Origin: Candidatus Thalassarchaeaceae archaeon
GTDB taxonomy: Archaea > Thermoplasmatota > Poseidoniia > Poseidoniales > Thalassarchaeaceae
NCBI GenBank assembly: GCA_023700255.1
Contig: JAJPRD010000004.1
Span: forward strand, 12,093 to 76,092
DNA length: 64,000 nucleotides
Reading direction: 5' to 3'
The notes under the pieces were generated by a model. That model made no database searches. It was not told the origin of the DNA and saw only the letters and a program-made list of their open reading frames with translations. Positions 9,753 through 19,802 of the stretch are shown in pieces; within the stretch, counting starts at the first letter, position 1, and the number at the start of each line of letters is the position of its first letter. The position numbers and the translations under genes were made by a program.

Positions 9753-10604
9753 ATGGAAACACATTGGGAAGGAATTCCTGAACTTCCAAATTGCGAGGGT
9801 AGGGAAGATTGGATTAAAGTTTCAAAAAATGTCTCTTTGAGAGTCTTTATTTGGGAACCAATTGATCATTCTCTTAGAAAATTATCACCAATAATCATGG
9901 TTCCAGGGTGGGGTTCGGTTTTCGAAGGATGGAGACCTTTAATCGCAGAATGGGTTGGAAAAAGGCCAATAATATATATTGAAACAAGGGAAAAATCAAG
10001 TGCTATTTTTGAAAGTAAAATGGAAATAAAGGATTTTCATATGAGCAATTTCACAAATGATATTGCCGAAATAATAAAATTTCTTGATTTGAAAAATAAC
10101 TTTCATTTCTTCTCATCATCCCTAGGATCTACAATACTAATTGATGGATTACAGTCAGGACTATTTAGTGGAAAAAGTTCAATATTCTTAGCTCCAAATC
10201 AAAGATTTAAATTCCCACTTTGGGCTAGAATATTGATCAAAATGCCTTTCCCTAACTTTACATTAAAATGGCTGAATAAAACTGCGATATGGGGGGTGGA
10301 ACGTAAAGTTAAGGAAGAAGGGCAAAAGATTCGTTATCGAAGAACACTCTTATCACAAAATTTTGAGAGAATGAGATTATCTGCAAGGTACCTAATGAAA
10401 TATTCATTACCTGATAATTTATCAAAGGTAATCATTCCATGTGCAATAATAACAGCAGATTCAGATAAATTACATGGTCTAAAAGATGTAGAGAGTATAG
10501 CAAATAGAATCCCTAATGCGAAGATGATACAGGTTCCATCTAATCAATATGCACATGAATCAGACTTTCTCAAAGAGATTGAAGATTTTCATGCATCTAT
10601 ATGA
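9753..10604 (+). CDS. alpha/beta-fold hydrolase
   Basis: 283 aa. Oxyanion region VPGWGS, nucleophile elbow FFSSSLGST, C-terminal ...SDKLH...YAHESD. This is the general alpha/beta hydrolase layout. Substrate unknown. Confidence 0.75.
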   Translation: METHWEGIPELPNCEGREDWIKVSKNVSLRVFIWEPIDHSLRKLSPIIMVPGWGSVFEGWRPLIAEWVGKRPIIYIETREKSSAIFESKMEIKDFHMSNFTNDIAEIIKFLDLKNNFHFFSSSLGSTILIDGLQSGLFSGKSSIFLAPNQRFKFPLWARILIKMPFPNFTLKWLNKTAIWGVERKVKEEGQKIRYRRTLLSQNFERMRLSARYLMKYSLPDNLSKVIIPCAIITADSDKLHGLKDVESIANRIPNAKMIQVPSNQYAHESDFLKEIEDFHASI

Positions 10605-10634
10605 TTACAACACACAAGCCTAAGCGATTGCCTG

Positions 10635-12818
10635 ATGAAGGAAGGCACTTACGGGATAATGAGAGACATGCGTGAACAGGCCTCATCTTTTGACGTAGCA
10701 CGTATTGTACGTGAGCTTTCAAAGATGATAGGTGCTAGAGCACGCAAGGCATATCAGCCTCATTATGAACAAGTAGTAATAAGATTAAATCCGAAAGGAA
10801 TACCATCTTCTGATTTAGTAATAGTTAGTGGAAGAAGGCTATACCTTTCACAACGTGATAGACCTATGCCATCACAACCATCACAATTTGCAATGGTACT
10901 CAGGAAGCATCTGAATAATTCAAGACTTATTGCAGTTGAACAATTAGGTTTTGATAGAATAATTTCTATGACATTTGAACATGGAAGTGGTAAATTAAAG
11001 TTAATAATCGAACTTTTCAGAGATGGAAACGTATTACTTCTAGATAATGAGGGAGTGATAATTCAACCACTTACTCATGCCAATTATGCTAGTAGATCTC
11101 TCAAAAGAGGTGTCGAATATGTGCCACCACCAGCAGCAGTAGACCCGAGAGAAATGAATAGAAAAACATTAGATAAATTACTTGATGAAAGTGAAGATGA
11201 TTTAATCAGAACCTTGGCTGCAAGGGGCAACTTGGGTAGGGTTTATGGCAGTGCAATTTGTGCTTCTGCGGAATTAGATGAGAAGTTGAAGGCGAAAGAA
11301 CTTGACGATGAGCAGAGAGAGAATTTAGATAACTCAATACAAATTTTATTAGAAGAATTAGCAAATGGTAAATCAAGTATGATGTGGTTTGAAGATAAAG
11401 AATCACTAGATATATGGAATAATGCTATTGATGAATCTAGTAAAGATAGTTCCTCGGGAGCAATTAAAGAGATTGCACCTATTGATCTGAGATATTTAGA
11501 TCGAGAACTATCAATTGAGATTCCTACGCTATGTTCAGGCTATGATTCTTTTTTTGGGTCCCATGATGCGTCTGCATTTATTCGGAGAGAGGAAGAAAAG
11601 CTTGTCAGTATAGGTCAAGACATAGGTGAGAAGAAAGCGAAGTTAGAGAGAAGAGCAGACCAACAAAGAACTGCAATAGGTAGATTTTTGTCACAGGCAG
11701 CTATCAATCAAGAATTAGGAAAAGCGATGCAAGAAAATTGGACACATTTAGAAAATATCATGATTCAATTTAATGGTGAAATTTCTAAATCAACGTGGCA
11801 AGAAGTTTCTGTCAAATGCCAAGAGGTCCCTTGGATTGACAGGCTAAATCCCGAAAAAGGTACTTTCGTGGTTTTCCTTCCTGATGATGATGGTGAACCA
11901 GGTTCTAGTGTGACAATGTATGCAAATAAATCAGTACATCAGAATGCTCAACGATATTTCCAGGATGCTAGAACTTTGAAAGAAAAATCGAAAGGTGCTA
12001 AAAAAGCATTGAAAGATACTGAAAATACTAAATCAAGACAGGATAAGAAAAGAGCTAAAGATGTTGCAGCTGGTCGCGTTAAAGGCATTCAAAGAAGTAA
12101 GAAATTTTGGTTTGAAAAATATAGATGGGCCATTCTTGAAGGTGGACATATACTTGTAGGAGGCAGAGATGCTAGAGGTAACGATACTATTGTTAGAAAA
12201 CATCTCAATACAAATGACCTTTATGTTCATGCAGACCTACATGGTGCACCATCATGTTCATTAAAATTAAAAGATGGATTTAAGCCTCTAACTGGTATTA
12301 CAAATCTACCTGAAGGAGTTATTTCCTTACAAATTGCTCAAAATTTAGCAGAAGGAAAGGAAGATGCGAGAGATTTAGATGAAAAAATATTTTCACAAGC
12401 AGCACAAATGGCTGTTTGTTGGTCTCGAGCTTGGGGGAGTGGAGGAGCTGCTGCAACCGCATTTCATGTTAGACCAAGTCAAGTATCAAAACAAACTGAA
12501 AGTGGGGAGTCTCTTGGAAGAGGAGGATTCGTAGTTAGAGGACAACGAACATGGCATAGAGATTTACCATTAGAAATAGGTATGGGAATCGGTGTAATAA
12601 ATGGAGTGCCATTACCTATATGCGGTACAGTTGAAAGTATTGCGAATTTATTCGAAAAGTGGATAAAAATAACTCCTGGTAGGGAGAAAAAAGAATCTGT
12701 TGCAAATAAAATTTCTAAGGCTACAGGGCTAATTCAAGATGATGTATTAGCATCACTACCACCTGGTGGATGCAGTATAGATGATCACGGATTAATGAAA
12801 AAATCTATTGAACTCTAA
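10635..12818 (+). CDS. NFACT-family protein (archaeal Rqc2/NEMF/RqcH homolog, FbpA-like)
   Basis: 727 aa. NFACT-N-like N-terminus (SSFDVARIVREL...), central coiled coil, and the NFACT-R/DUF814 motif DLYVHADLHGAPSCSLK. The start could instead be the internal Met at 10659 or 10668. Confidence 0.85.
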   Translation: MKEGTYGIMRDMREQASSFDVARIVRELSKMIGARARKAYQPHYEQVVIRLNPKGIPSSDLVIVSGRRLYLSQRDRPMPSQPSQFAMVLRKHLNNSRLIAVEQLGFDRIISMTFEHGSGKLKLIIELFRDGNVLLLDNEGVIIQPLTHANYASRSLKRGVEYVPPPAAVDPREMNRKTLDKLLDESEDDLIRTLAARGNLGRVYGSAICASAELDEKLKAKELDDEQRENLDNSIQILLEELANGKSSMMWFEDKESLDIWNNAIDESSKDSSSGAIKEIAPIDLRYLDRELSIEIPTLCSGYDSFFGSHDASAFIRREEEKLVSIGQDIGEKKAKLERRADQQRTAIGRFLSQAAINQELGKAMQENWTHLENIMIQFNGEISKSTWQEVSVKCQEVPWIDRLNPEKGTFVVFLPDDDGEPGSSVTMYANKSVHQNAQRYFQDARTLKEKSKGAKKALKDTENTKSRQDKKRAKDVAAGRVKGIQRSKKFWFEKYRWAILEGGHILVGGRDARGNDTIVRKHLNTNDLYVHADLHGAPSCSLKLKDGFKPLTGITNLPEGVISLQIAQNLAEGKEDARDLDEKIFSQAAQMAVCWSRAWGSGGAAATAFHVRPSQVSKQTESGESLGRGGFVVRGQRTWHRDLPLEIGMGIGVINGVPLPICGTVESIANLFEKWIKITPGREKKESVANKISKATGLIQDDVLASLPPGGCSIDDHGLMKKSIEL

Positions 12819-13410
12819 GCGCCCATTCAGGGGCAGTTATCGCATATAATGCACCATCGGTGAATACATCATATAGTAACTCTCGATCTTTTATCACACC
12901 TTCTAACCTCATCCCTAATTTCTCTGCGATTTTTCGACTAGCAATATTATTGATACCGGCTTCAATAACAAAACGATGGATTTTATTATTAAAAATTAAA
13001 TTGTTAATCAATGATTCACAACAACGAGTGACTATTCCATTACCACTTTTATCCCGAGATATCCAATAACCTAGACCACATGACCTATTATCCCAATCGA
13101 CCCAATTAATACTAATATTACCTACTAAATTGCCATTTTCTCTAATTAGCCAAACGCCTGAAGAACCTTGTAATCGATCTTTAATAGATATTTCAATAAA
13201 ATTAATTTCGTCGACTATCGATAGATTAGAATCAAGCCATGGCAACCATTCCCTGAGATATTCCCTATTTCCATCAACAAGTTGGAATAATTCAGATGCA
13301 TCTTCAAATGTGGGAGCTACAATAGATAAATTGTCGTCGACTATGATTTCAGGAGAGAATATAAATCCTAATTTTTTAGAAGTATTCGAGGGGTCGAAAG
13401 AATCTCCCAT
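12805..13410 (-). CDS. GNAT N-acetyltransferase (RimJ/RimL-like)
   Basis: 201 aa. Typical RimL-type pattern: REYLREWLPW, GLGYWISRDKSGNGIVTR, ENIASRKIAEKLGMRLEG. The 3' end overlaps the convergent NFACT gene by 14 nt. Confidence 0.85.
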   Translation of the reverse strand: MGDSFDPSNTSKKLGFIFSPEIIVDDNLSIVAPTFEDASELFQLVDGNREYLREWLPWLDSNLSIVDEINFIEISIKDRLQGSSGVWLIRENGNLVGNISINWVDWDNRSCGLGYWISRDKSGNGIVTRCCESLINNLIFNNKIHRFVIEAGINNIASRKIAEKLGMRLEGVIKDRELLYDVFTDGALYAITAPEWALRVQ

Positions 13411-13527
13411 ATTAAGCCGTATAAGGCGTGATTATTTGAATTAGAGTATGAATTGCAACCTTTAAAATCGAAAAATCGGAACGGTCTCAACAGTAATGAT
13501 TCAAGAGTAAAACGCTATCGGACGAAC

Positions 13528-14616
13528 ATGAGTGAACCAACGAGTGATGAGAATTGGACCTATGGGAACTATTTGCAATTAGAAGGATTACTCAGTCTCC
13601 AAGGAGAAGAAAGAGGAATTTCTTCGGATGAAATGCATTTCATTATAGTCCATCAAACCTTTGAATTATGGTTTAAGCAAATAATTAGAGAACTATCTGA
13701 AGTGAGAAATATATTATGTCAAGAACAAGTCCCTGAAATCGATATTCCAAGAGCGGTCGAACATTTAGGTAGAACTACTGAAATTTTCAAGTTGATGGGT
13801 GCTCAATGGGGAGTTATGGAAACCCTTACGCCTCAAGGATTCTTATCATTCCGAGATGGTTTAGGATCTGCATCAGGTTTTGAATCATATCAAATGAGAA
13901 AATTCGAAATACTCCTTGGATTGAAGAATGAAGACAGATTATTTGGGATGGACCCTTTAGATACATTTAGGAAATTAGCTAAGAATAGCCCAAATGATGC
14001 TGCTATTTTAGCGGATTTAGAAGAAATTACAGCTAAACCATCACTAGAAGAATCATTAATGAAGTGGATATCTAGAACTCCAATTATGGGCTCAATTTAT
14101 GAAACAGAAAATGACCAATCCTCAGTTCAAAATTATGTAGATGCACATTTATCATCGCATAAATCAATGGGAGAATTAGCAGCAGAAAGAATGTCAGGAT
14201 ATGGTGTATCGGATGTTGAGAAAGCAAATGCAAGATTCAAGGCAGCACATGATGGAGCAATTTCATTCCTAATGCCAGAGGGTGAACTTAGTAGAGCAAG
14301 AGCAAGTTTGTTGTTCATAGAATCTTATCGAGAATTACCTCTTCTAGCGTGGCCAAGAAAACTAATAGATGCAGTTGCTGAACTTGAGGAATCAATGGTG
14401 AAGTGGAGGCATTCACACGCAAGAATGGTTGAACGAATCATGGGTAGGCGTATCGGTACAGGAGGAACTAGTGGAGTAGATTATTTAGATATGACTTCAC
14501 AATACAGAGTATTCAAAGATTTGTGGGCTGTACGAACGATTCTAGTAAAAACACAAGATAGACCAAAATTAATTAATCCTAGTTTTTATGGTTTTAACTC
14601 AAATAATGAGGCTTGA
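13528..14616 (+). CDS. kynA: tryptophan 2,3-dioxygenase
   Basis: TDO signature YGNYLQLEGLLSLQ...DEMHFIIVHQTFELWFKQ and C-terminal WRHSHARMVERIMGRRIGTGGTSG. The track ORF begins at a TTG at 13453. The ATG at 13528 (MSEPTSDENWTYG) fits family N-termini better. Confidence 0.85.
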   Translation: MSEPTSDENWTYGNYLQLEGLLSLQGEERGISSDEMHFIIVHQTFELWFKQIIRELSEVRNILCQEQVPEIDIPRAVEHLGRTTEIFKLMGAQWGVMETLTPQGFLSFRDGLGSASGFESYQMRKFEILLGLKNEDRLFGMDPLDTFRKLAKNSPNDAAILADLEEITAKPSLEESLMKWISRTPIMGSIYETENDQSSVQNYVDAHLSSHKSMGELAAERMSGYGVSDVEKANARFKAAHDGAISFLMPEGELSRARASLLFIESYRELPLLAWPRKLIDAVAELEESMVKWRHSHARMVERIMGRRIGTGGTSGVDYLDMTSQYRVFKDLWAVRTILVKTQDRPKLINPSFYGFNSNNEA

Positions 14617-14668
14617 AAACTAGTTTCTTCATCGCACTGTTCAAGACCAGTACCTCAGTCGAGGAGTT

Positions 14669-15829
14669 ATGCCCAAAGCTGTGATATGTGCTTTCGCACG
14701 TACTCCTATGGGGAAATTCAGAGGAGCACTCTCAAAATATTCTGCTACCGAGTTGGGAACTAAGGTAGTGAAAGAGCTTATTGGAAGAATCAATTTGGAC
14801 CCTCAAAGCGGTATAATCGAACAGGTTTACATGGGTCAAGTTTTGCAAGCAGGTTCAGGTCAAGCACCAGCAAGACAGGTTGCAATAAATGCAGGATTAC
14901 CATTTTCTACACCCTGTACGACCATCAACAAAGTTTGTGGGTCAAGCCTCAAGGCAGTAATGATTGCAGCTAGCGATATAATTTCAGGACATGCAGACGT
15001 CATCATAGCTGGTGGAATGGAATCAATGAGTAATGCACCGTATTTCGCTAATAATGTCAGAAAAGGTGAAAATGTTGATTTTAATTCTTTGAAATCAGTT
15101 ATGACTCATGATGGTTTAACTGATGCATTTGATGGGACTACAATGGGTATGACGGGTGAAATCGTAGCTGCTGAATTCAACCTTTCTCGAGAACAATCTG
15201 ATGCATATGCTGTACGATCTCATGCTCTTGCTAATGCTGCTTGGGAAAATGGATGGTTAAACCAAGAGGTTATCCAGATAGATGAGTTAGAAGTTGATCA
15301 AGGAATAAGACCTGGAACCAATATGCAAAAATTAGGAAACCTTAGAACTGTTTTCATGGAAAATGGTCAGGTGACTGCTGGAAATTCTAGTCAGGTATCA
15401 GATGGAGCCTCTGCGGTACTGGTTTGTTCAGAGGAAAAAGCTGTGGAGCAAGGGTGGCCAATACTAGCAGAAATATTAGATTATACTACATCGGGAGTGG
15501 AGCCTAAAAGAGTAATGATGGCACCCATATCAGCAGTGGAAACTCTTCTTCAAAGAAATGATTTAGATATTATGGATATAGATATTGTTGAACATAATGA
15601 AGCCTTTGCTGCTGCATCTTTAGCAGTACAAATAGCTCTTAAAGTACCAGAAGATCGATTTAATGTCCATGGAGGTGCTGTTGCCATGGGCCATCCATTA
15701 GGTTCAACTGGAACACGCTGTTTAATGACTACAATTAATGCCTTAAATAGAACTGGTGGAGAAAAAGGTATTGTCACTATTTGCCTAGGTGGAGGCAATG
15801 CTGTGGCCATGTTAATAAGGAAAAAATAA
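14669..15829 (+). CDS. acetyl-CoA C-acetyltransferase (thiolase II)
   Basis: 386 aa. Active-site Cys region INKVCGSSLKA, NEAFA, and C-terminal GHPLGSTG...CLGGGNAVAM. Confidence 0.92.
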   Translation: MPKAVICAFARTPMGKFRGALSKYSATELGTKVVKELIGRINLDPQSGIIEQVYMGQVLQAGSGQAPARQVAINAGLPFSTPCTTINKVCGSSLKAVMIAASDIISGHADVIIAGGMESMSNAPYFANNVRKGENVDFNSLKSVMTHDGLTDAFDGTTMGMTGEIVAAEFNLSREQSDAYAVRSHALANAAWENGWLNQEVIQIDELEVDQGIRPGTNMQKLGNLRTVFMENGQVTAGNSSQVSDGASAVLVCSEEKAVEQGWPILAEILDYTTSGVEPKRVMMAPISAVETLLQRNDLDIMDIDIVEHNEAFAAASLAVQIALKVPEDRFNVHGGAVAMGHPLGSTGTRCLMTTINALNRTGGEKGIVTICLGGGNAVAMLIRKK

Positions 15830-15912
15830 ATTATAATTAGTCTTATTATGGCTCTAAAGAGTCATTTAATCAGTCAATGCCCTTATGTGGGGGTCGCTGG
15901 CCGTTCCGCATC

Positions 15913-16170
15913 ATGGTCAAGCCTGCAAGAGCACATACCCGCTTCGAGAAAGCACGAATAATTGGCGCACGCGCACTTCAAATTAGCATGGGAGCACCCT
16001 TATTCGTATCAGAGGATGAATTAAGAGATGAATTCGCTTTAGAACTGATACAACTTTACGGAGTAGAAGATGCAAAAGATAGAGTTGTTCTAGATCCAAT
16101 GAAGATTGCTACTTTAGAATATATCAAACATAGAATACCAATTGATGTCGAACCACATCTTGATGAATAA
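15913..16170 (+). CDS. rpoK: DNA-directed RNA polymerase subunit K (Rpo6/RpoK)
   Basis: Diagnostic [21 protein letters not shown]. The track ORF starts at 15877. The ATG at 15913 (MVKPARAH...) gives a more typical length of 85 aa. Confidence 0.85.
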   Translation: MVKPARAHTRFEKARIIGARALQISMGAPLFVSEDELRDEFALELIQLYGVEDAKDRVVLDPMKIATLEYIKHRIPIDVEPHLDE

Positions 16171-16207
16171 AACAAGATTATATTTATGACAATTAGGTCG
16201 TGAAGTA

Positions 16208-17293
16208 GTGGGATTCGAAAGAGTCAAGGTTGAGAAATTAACTGCTGTCCTAATTGGATTGACAATACTTGTAATTGCTGCGGGGGGAGTCATAAGAATT
16301 TATGATGCTGGAGAATCATGTCCTGACTGGCCAACATGTTTTGGTACATGGGGATTCGATGTGTCTGAAGAAGAACAAAAAGAATGGTTTGAAGAAAATC
16401 CTGATGAAACCGACTCAAGAGGTTCTAGCCACACATATACTTCGTTTCAAATATTTACTGAATGGATTCATAGATTTCTAGCTGGAACTATCCTGGGACC
16501 TCTGGTATTACTTAATTTTTGGTTGGTGATGAAAGATCAAGAGTTAACTAAAGAAGTCAGGTTAGCATCATTTACATCAGTTATTTTGATAATTTGGCAA
16601 GGTTTCTTAGGATTTGTAACGGTTAAAATGGATAATCAACATTGGAGTGTTGCACTTCATTTAGCCTCAGCATTACTATTCTTAATGTGTTTAATTTGGA
16701 TATGGCTATCTACATTAAGAGAAAAAGAAGAACTACCCTCTTGGATACTATTTGACCCAATTCTAGCGAATAAGTGGAAAAAACGCATAGCATTGCTATC
16801 AATTGGGACTTTTATCACACTATTTGTAGGAGTTTTTGTTTCAACAACACCTGGAGCTAATCAAGGGTGTGGAGTGTCGGGTTTCCCTAATTCTTGGCCT
16901 CTATGTAATGGTTCATTAGATTGGAAAATTACTAACTTTGAAGCGCAATCACAAATTTTACACAGACAAATAGTAGGATTAATTGGATTAGTCCTAATTT
17001 TTTCATCATATATTATTTGGAAAGAAAACAGGGATGAAGAATATGGATCATTATTATGTAGATGGATTTGGCTGGCTACAGCCCTCTATTTATTTAATAT
17101 CGCATTAGGGGGTTTATATGTTCTTTCAGCAAAATTAGACGGATTTGAAATTACATTTTTTGAGTTACTATCATTATTACATTTAATGCTTGCATCAACA
17201 GTATTTGTAATAATTACAACCCTATTTTTAGTAGTGAAAATAATCACACTGTATGATGGAAATTATTTACTATCGGATAATAGTAACCAATGA
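16208..17293 (+). CDS. ctaA: heme A synthase (CtaA/COX15 family)
   Basis: 361 aa, polytopic. Cys-pair loops GESCPDWPTCFG and GCGVSGFPNSWPLCNG. Conserved His in TM helices (HRFLAG, HLASAL, HRQIVG, LHLMLAS). GTG start per the track. Confidence 0.85.
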   Translation: MGFERVKVEKLTAVLIGLTILVIAAGGVIRIYDAGESCPDWPTCFGTWGFDVSEEEQKEWFEENPDETDSRGSSHTYTSFQIFTEWIHRFLAGTILGPLVLLNFWLVMKDQELTKEVRLASFTSVILIIWQGFLGFVTVKMDNQHWSVALHLASALLFLMCLIWIWLSTLREKEELPSWILFDPILANKWKKRIALLSIGTFITLFVGVFVSTTPGANQGCGVSGFPNSWPLCNGSLDWKITNFEAQSQILHRQIVGLIGLVLIFSSYIIWKENRDEEYGSLLCRWIWLATALYLFNIALGGLYVLSAKLDGFEITFFELLSLLHLMLASTVFVIITTLFLVVKIITLYDGNYLLSDNSNQ

Positions 17294-17324
17294 GTTTCAA
17301 AGACTAGCGGCAATAGGAGTTAAC

Positions 17325-18389
17325 ATGTCAGAGACAAGGGGGATGGCAAAAACCCTATTTTCTTTGACTAAGCCAAGAGTAGTAGTACTTCTACAGATAA
17401 CTGCAATGTGTGCAATACTTAGCCATGACTTTATTGAAATAAATAGAATAAATTATAATACTCTAGAAAATATGTTAATTGTTTTTATTGGTGGCTATCT
17501 AACTGCTGGAGGCGCTAATTGTATCAATATGTGGTACGATAGAGACATTGATCCAATTATGAATAGAACGTCGAAAAGACCCCTTGCAGTTGGTGATATT
17601 TCACCAGCAGGTGCATTAATTTTTGGAATTGTAATTTCCTTACTTGGAACATTGTGGCTAATACAAATGGCAAATGAAGTTGCTGCTTTCTGGGCTTTAT
17701 TTAGCATCTTATTCTATGTATTCATATACACAATCTGGCTGAAAAGAACTAGTACTCAGAATATAGTAATAGGTGGAATTGCAGGTTCAACCCCCCCAGT
17801 TATTGGTTGGTGTGCAGCGGAAGGTAACCTACAAATATCAATGAATTCATTACAAGAATTTACTAATTCTATTTTTGAGATTGGAGGATATATGCCGTGG
17901 TTTATGTTCTTATTGATATTTTTATGGACACCTCCACACTTCTGGGCCTTAGCATTATATCGTTCTGAGGAATATGAAAAGGTAGGCGTGCCAATGATGC
18001 CAAATGTAAAAGGAAAGCATAGAACTTTAGTAGAAATGAAGATTTATTCGATTATTTTAATATTATTATCATTAACAGCCCCCTTAAGTTATCATGAAAT
18101 CGAATATTGGTCTAATCTTAATTTAGATTTAAATAATATTTTAATTATCTTAAACACAGGGATTCTAAGTTTCTGGTATGCATTGACAGTATGGGGAATT
18201 GATGTAATGGAAGATAATGATGAAAATAATAGGATGCCTACTGCTTCTTACTCATTCTTCGTATCACTGAGTTATCTAGCATTCATGTTTATTGCCTTAG
18301 TATTATCAAGTATGGGAGTAGAAGGAGCAATTGTAAGTTTAGTATTGGTAATATTATTGATATTGCGGGATAAAAAAAATAAAAAATAA
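17325..18389 (+). CDS. ctaB: protoheme IX farnesyltransferase (heme O synthase)
   Basis: UbiA-family motifs NMWYDRDIDPIMNRTSKRPL and WTPPHFWALA. I chose the ATG at 17325 (MSETRG...), preceded by GGAG at 17316-17319, over the track start at 17253, which overlaps ctaA by 41 nt. Confidence 0.9.
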   Translation: MSETRGMAKTLFSLTKPRVVVLLQITAMCAILSHDFIEINRINYNTLENMLIVFIGGYLTAGGANCINMWYDRDIDPIMNRTSKRPLAVGDISPAGALIFGIVISLLGTLWLIQMANEVAAFWALFSILFYVFIYTIWLKRTSTQNIVIGGIAGSTPPVIGWCAAEGNLQISMNSLQEFTNSIFEIGGYMPWFMFLLIFLWTPPHFWALALYRSEEYEKVGVPMMPNVKGKHRTLVEMKIYSIILILLSLTAPLSYHEIEYWSNLNLDLNNILIILNTGILSFWYALTVWGIDVMEDNDENNRMPTASYSFFVSLSYLAFMFIALVLSSMGVEGAIVSLVLVILLILRDKKNKK

Positions 18390-18488
18390 TTTAGAATATG
18401 GCTAAATTGTACTAAACTAGAATGATAACCCGATGGATTCAAACACCTAATAGTTAGTCCACTAATCATAAGAACGGAGAGGTCAGAG

Positions 18489-19745
18489 ATGAAGGAATCA
18501 GAACTAATCTATGATTGGAATACCATTGACTATGAAATAAAAAGAGTTTCATCTCAACATCCACATGATGTGTGGTTCGATGATGAGACTCTGAGAGATG
18601 GTTTACAAAGCCCTAGCGCAAGAAATCCGACTATAACTCAAAAAATAGAATTAATTGATTACATGGAAAAATTAGGTATCCAGAAAGTAGATTTAGGATT
18701 GCCGGGTGCTGGTCCTTTTCACATTAAACATATTGATGAGATGCTTTCTCATATGACTGAGAATTCATATGATCTAAGACCGGGGTGTGCTGTTAGAACT
18801 GTAGTTAGTGACATCGAACCATTAGTAGATCTTCAAGCAAAATATGAAAGACAAATTCAGGCAAGTGCTTTCCTTGGAACAAGCCCTATACGCCAATATA
18901 CTGAGGGCTGGGATATGGAAAGGATTCTTTCAACCGCTGAAAAGGCAGTGACTTTTGCAGTTAATAATGACATCCCGGTAATGTTTGTTACAGAAGATAC
19001 TACAAGAAGTAAACCTGAGGAAATAAAGCAAGTATATACTCGTGCCATAGAACTAGGAGCTGATAGAATCTGTATATGTGACACTTGTGGGCACGTAACT
19101 CCTAATGGAGTTAAAAAGTTACTAGGTTTTATTCAAGAAGAAGTAATACCAGATTCTGGAGTTAAGCGTAGAGATATAGAGGTAAATTGGCACGGTCACC
19201 AAGATAGAGGACTTGGTGTTGCAAATAATCTAGCTGCAGTTGAGGCAGGTGCCGATGTAATACATGGAACAGCATTAGGAGTAGGTGAAAGAGCTGGAAA
19301 TGCACCTTTAGATCAGACTTTAGTTAATCTCAGTTTGATGGGAGTTATCAGTAACGATCTTACTTCTCTAAATGATTATATGAAAAAGGCTCACGAGTAT
19401 ATTGAAGTTGATCTACCAAGAAACTACCCTGTTTTTGGAAAAGATGCTTTTGAAACTGGAACAGGGGTTCACGCCAGTGCAGTAGTTAAAGCAATGAAAA
19501 AAGGAGATGACTGGTTGGCAGATAGAATTTATTCGGGAGTACCAGCACAGGATTATGGATTAGAACAGGTGATAAGAATTGGGCACATGAGTGGTCGGTC
19601 GAATATTACCTGGTGGTTAGGTAAAAATAATTACGAAGTAACTGATGATTTGGTAGCACATCTTTTTGATATTGCTAAAAAACAGAGAAGGCTAATGGAT
19701 GATGATGAAATCCATATGGAAATTAAAAAATGGAAAAAACAGTGA
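18489..19745 (+). CDS. HMGL-like DRE-TIM metallolyase of the 2-isopropylmalate/homocitrate/citramalate synthase family (no regulatory domain)
   Basis: 418 aa. Motifs DETLRDGLQS, FVTEDTTR, ICICDTCG, HGHQDRGLGVANNLAAVEAGADVIHGTALGVGERAGNAPL. The substrate cannot be assigned by eye. Confidence 0.75.
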   Translation: MKESELIYDWNTIDYEIKRVSSQHPHDVWFDDETLRDGLQSPSARNPTITQKIELIDYMEKLGIQKVDLGLPGAGPFHIKHIDEMLSHMTENSYDLRPGCAVRTVVSDIEPLVDLQAKYERQIQASAFLGTSPIRQYTEGWDMERILSTAEKAVTFAVNNDIPVMFVTEDTTRSKPEEIKQVYTRAIELGADRICICDTCGHVTPNGVKKLLGFIQEEVIPDSGVKRRDIEVNWHGHQDRGLGVANNLAAVEAGADVIHGTALGVGERAGNAPLDQTLVNLSLMGVISNDLTSLNDYMKKAHEYIEVDLPRNYPVFGKDAFETGTGVHASAVVKAMKKGDDWLADRIYSGVPAQDYGLEQVIRIGHMSGRSNITWWLGKNNYEVTDDLVAHLFDIAKKQRRLMDDDEIHMEIKKWKKQ

Positions 19746-19802
19746 TGTATCGTTAATGCAAAACTAACGAATACCTAAAACCTCATCGACCACGACGAGT
19801 AC

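Noticed and set aside
9446-9764. Track ORFs 9446-9748 (+, VAEVVAQ repeats) and 9543-9764 (-, PPPERR repeats)
   Set aside because: They are alternative-frame and antisense read-throughs of the same GC-rich 21-bp repeat. They lack stops only because of the repeat composition. The frame encoding the TM protein is continuous for 350 codons.
17253-17324. Upstream extension of ctaB overlapping ctaA by 41 nt
   Set aside because: The extension (MMEIIYYRIIVTNEFQRLAAIGVN) is not part of UbiA-family N-termini. The ATG at 17325 has a GGAG 6 nt upstream and gives a normal 31-nt intergenic spacer.
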